From Auanema rhodensis (lineage: Eukaryota > Animalia > Nematoda), in the NCBI GenBank assembly GCA_964057225.1, contig OZ059899.1, positions 2,790,001 through 2,854,000 of the forward strand: a DNA stretch of 64,000 bases. Direction: 5' to 3'. The notes under the pieces were generated by a model, which was given only the letters and a program-made list of their open reading frames with translations, was not told the origin of the DNA and ran no database searches. The translations under genes and the position numbers were made by a program. Positions within the stretch are counted from its first letter, which is position 1. Each line of letters begins with the position of its first letter. Shown in pieces: positions 63,901 through 64,000 of this stretch.

Positions 63901-64000
63901 TAAGCGTTTCTCAATGTAGTATAGTGCATTCGATGCGGATTTTTAAGCTGCGTCGATCTGTGTTATCAGATTTGCGCTAGCTTAAAAATGCACCGAGATA

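Larger units (their letters stand above)
7269..64000. repeat. Satellite DNA array, 351-bp monomer, one deleted unit plus 161 full units plus 25 bp; continues beyond the window
   Basis: GCTAGCTTAAAAATGCACCGAG recurs at 7465, 7816, 8167, 8518 ... 63976 (63976-7465 = 161 x 351). Printed lines return to the same phase every 7020 bp (20 units). Units differ only by a few substitutions. Confidence 0.99.

Noticed and set aside
7269-64000. CRISPR-like interpretation of the hairpin-containing repeats
   Set aside because: No unique spacers (whole 351-bp units repeat), no cas genes, eukaryotic context.

Overview
Eukaryotic, AT-rich window with two parts. (1) Positions 1-7242 hold most of a Ty3/Gypsy (Metaviridae) LTR retrotransposon on the + strand; its 5' LTR and primer binding site are not in the window. 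It carries a long gag-pol frame with a CCHC knuckle, DTG protease, YIDD reverse transcriptase, RNase H and an HHCC/DD35E/GPY integrase, then an unexplained ~400-aa in-frame C-terminal extension, a polypurine tract and a ~350-bp 3' LTR. The probable true Gag start (ATG 438) is separated from the main frame by a -1 shift at an A8 run. (2) Positions 7269-64000 are a homogeneous head-to-tail satellite with a 351-bp monomer: one internally deleted first unit, then exactly 161 full units with no net indel (7465-63975), running off the window end. The array is layered into variant zones with local 2-, 3-, 4- and 6-monomer duplications. Each monomer has several hairpins and a nested ~118-bp dyad. The LTR/satellite junction is not a clean integration: the terminal CA is lost, a 26-bp segment is copied from 128 bp upstream, and the first monomer has a microhomology deletion. 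A nematode-like host is an inference from element architecture, not shown. No host genes, rRNA, tRNA or CRISPR arrays were found.
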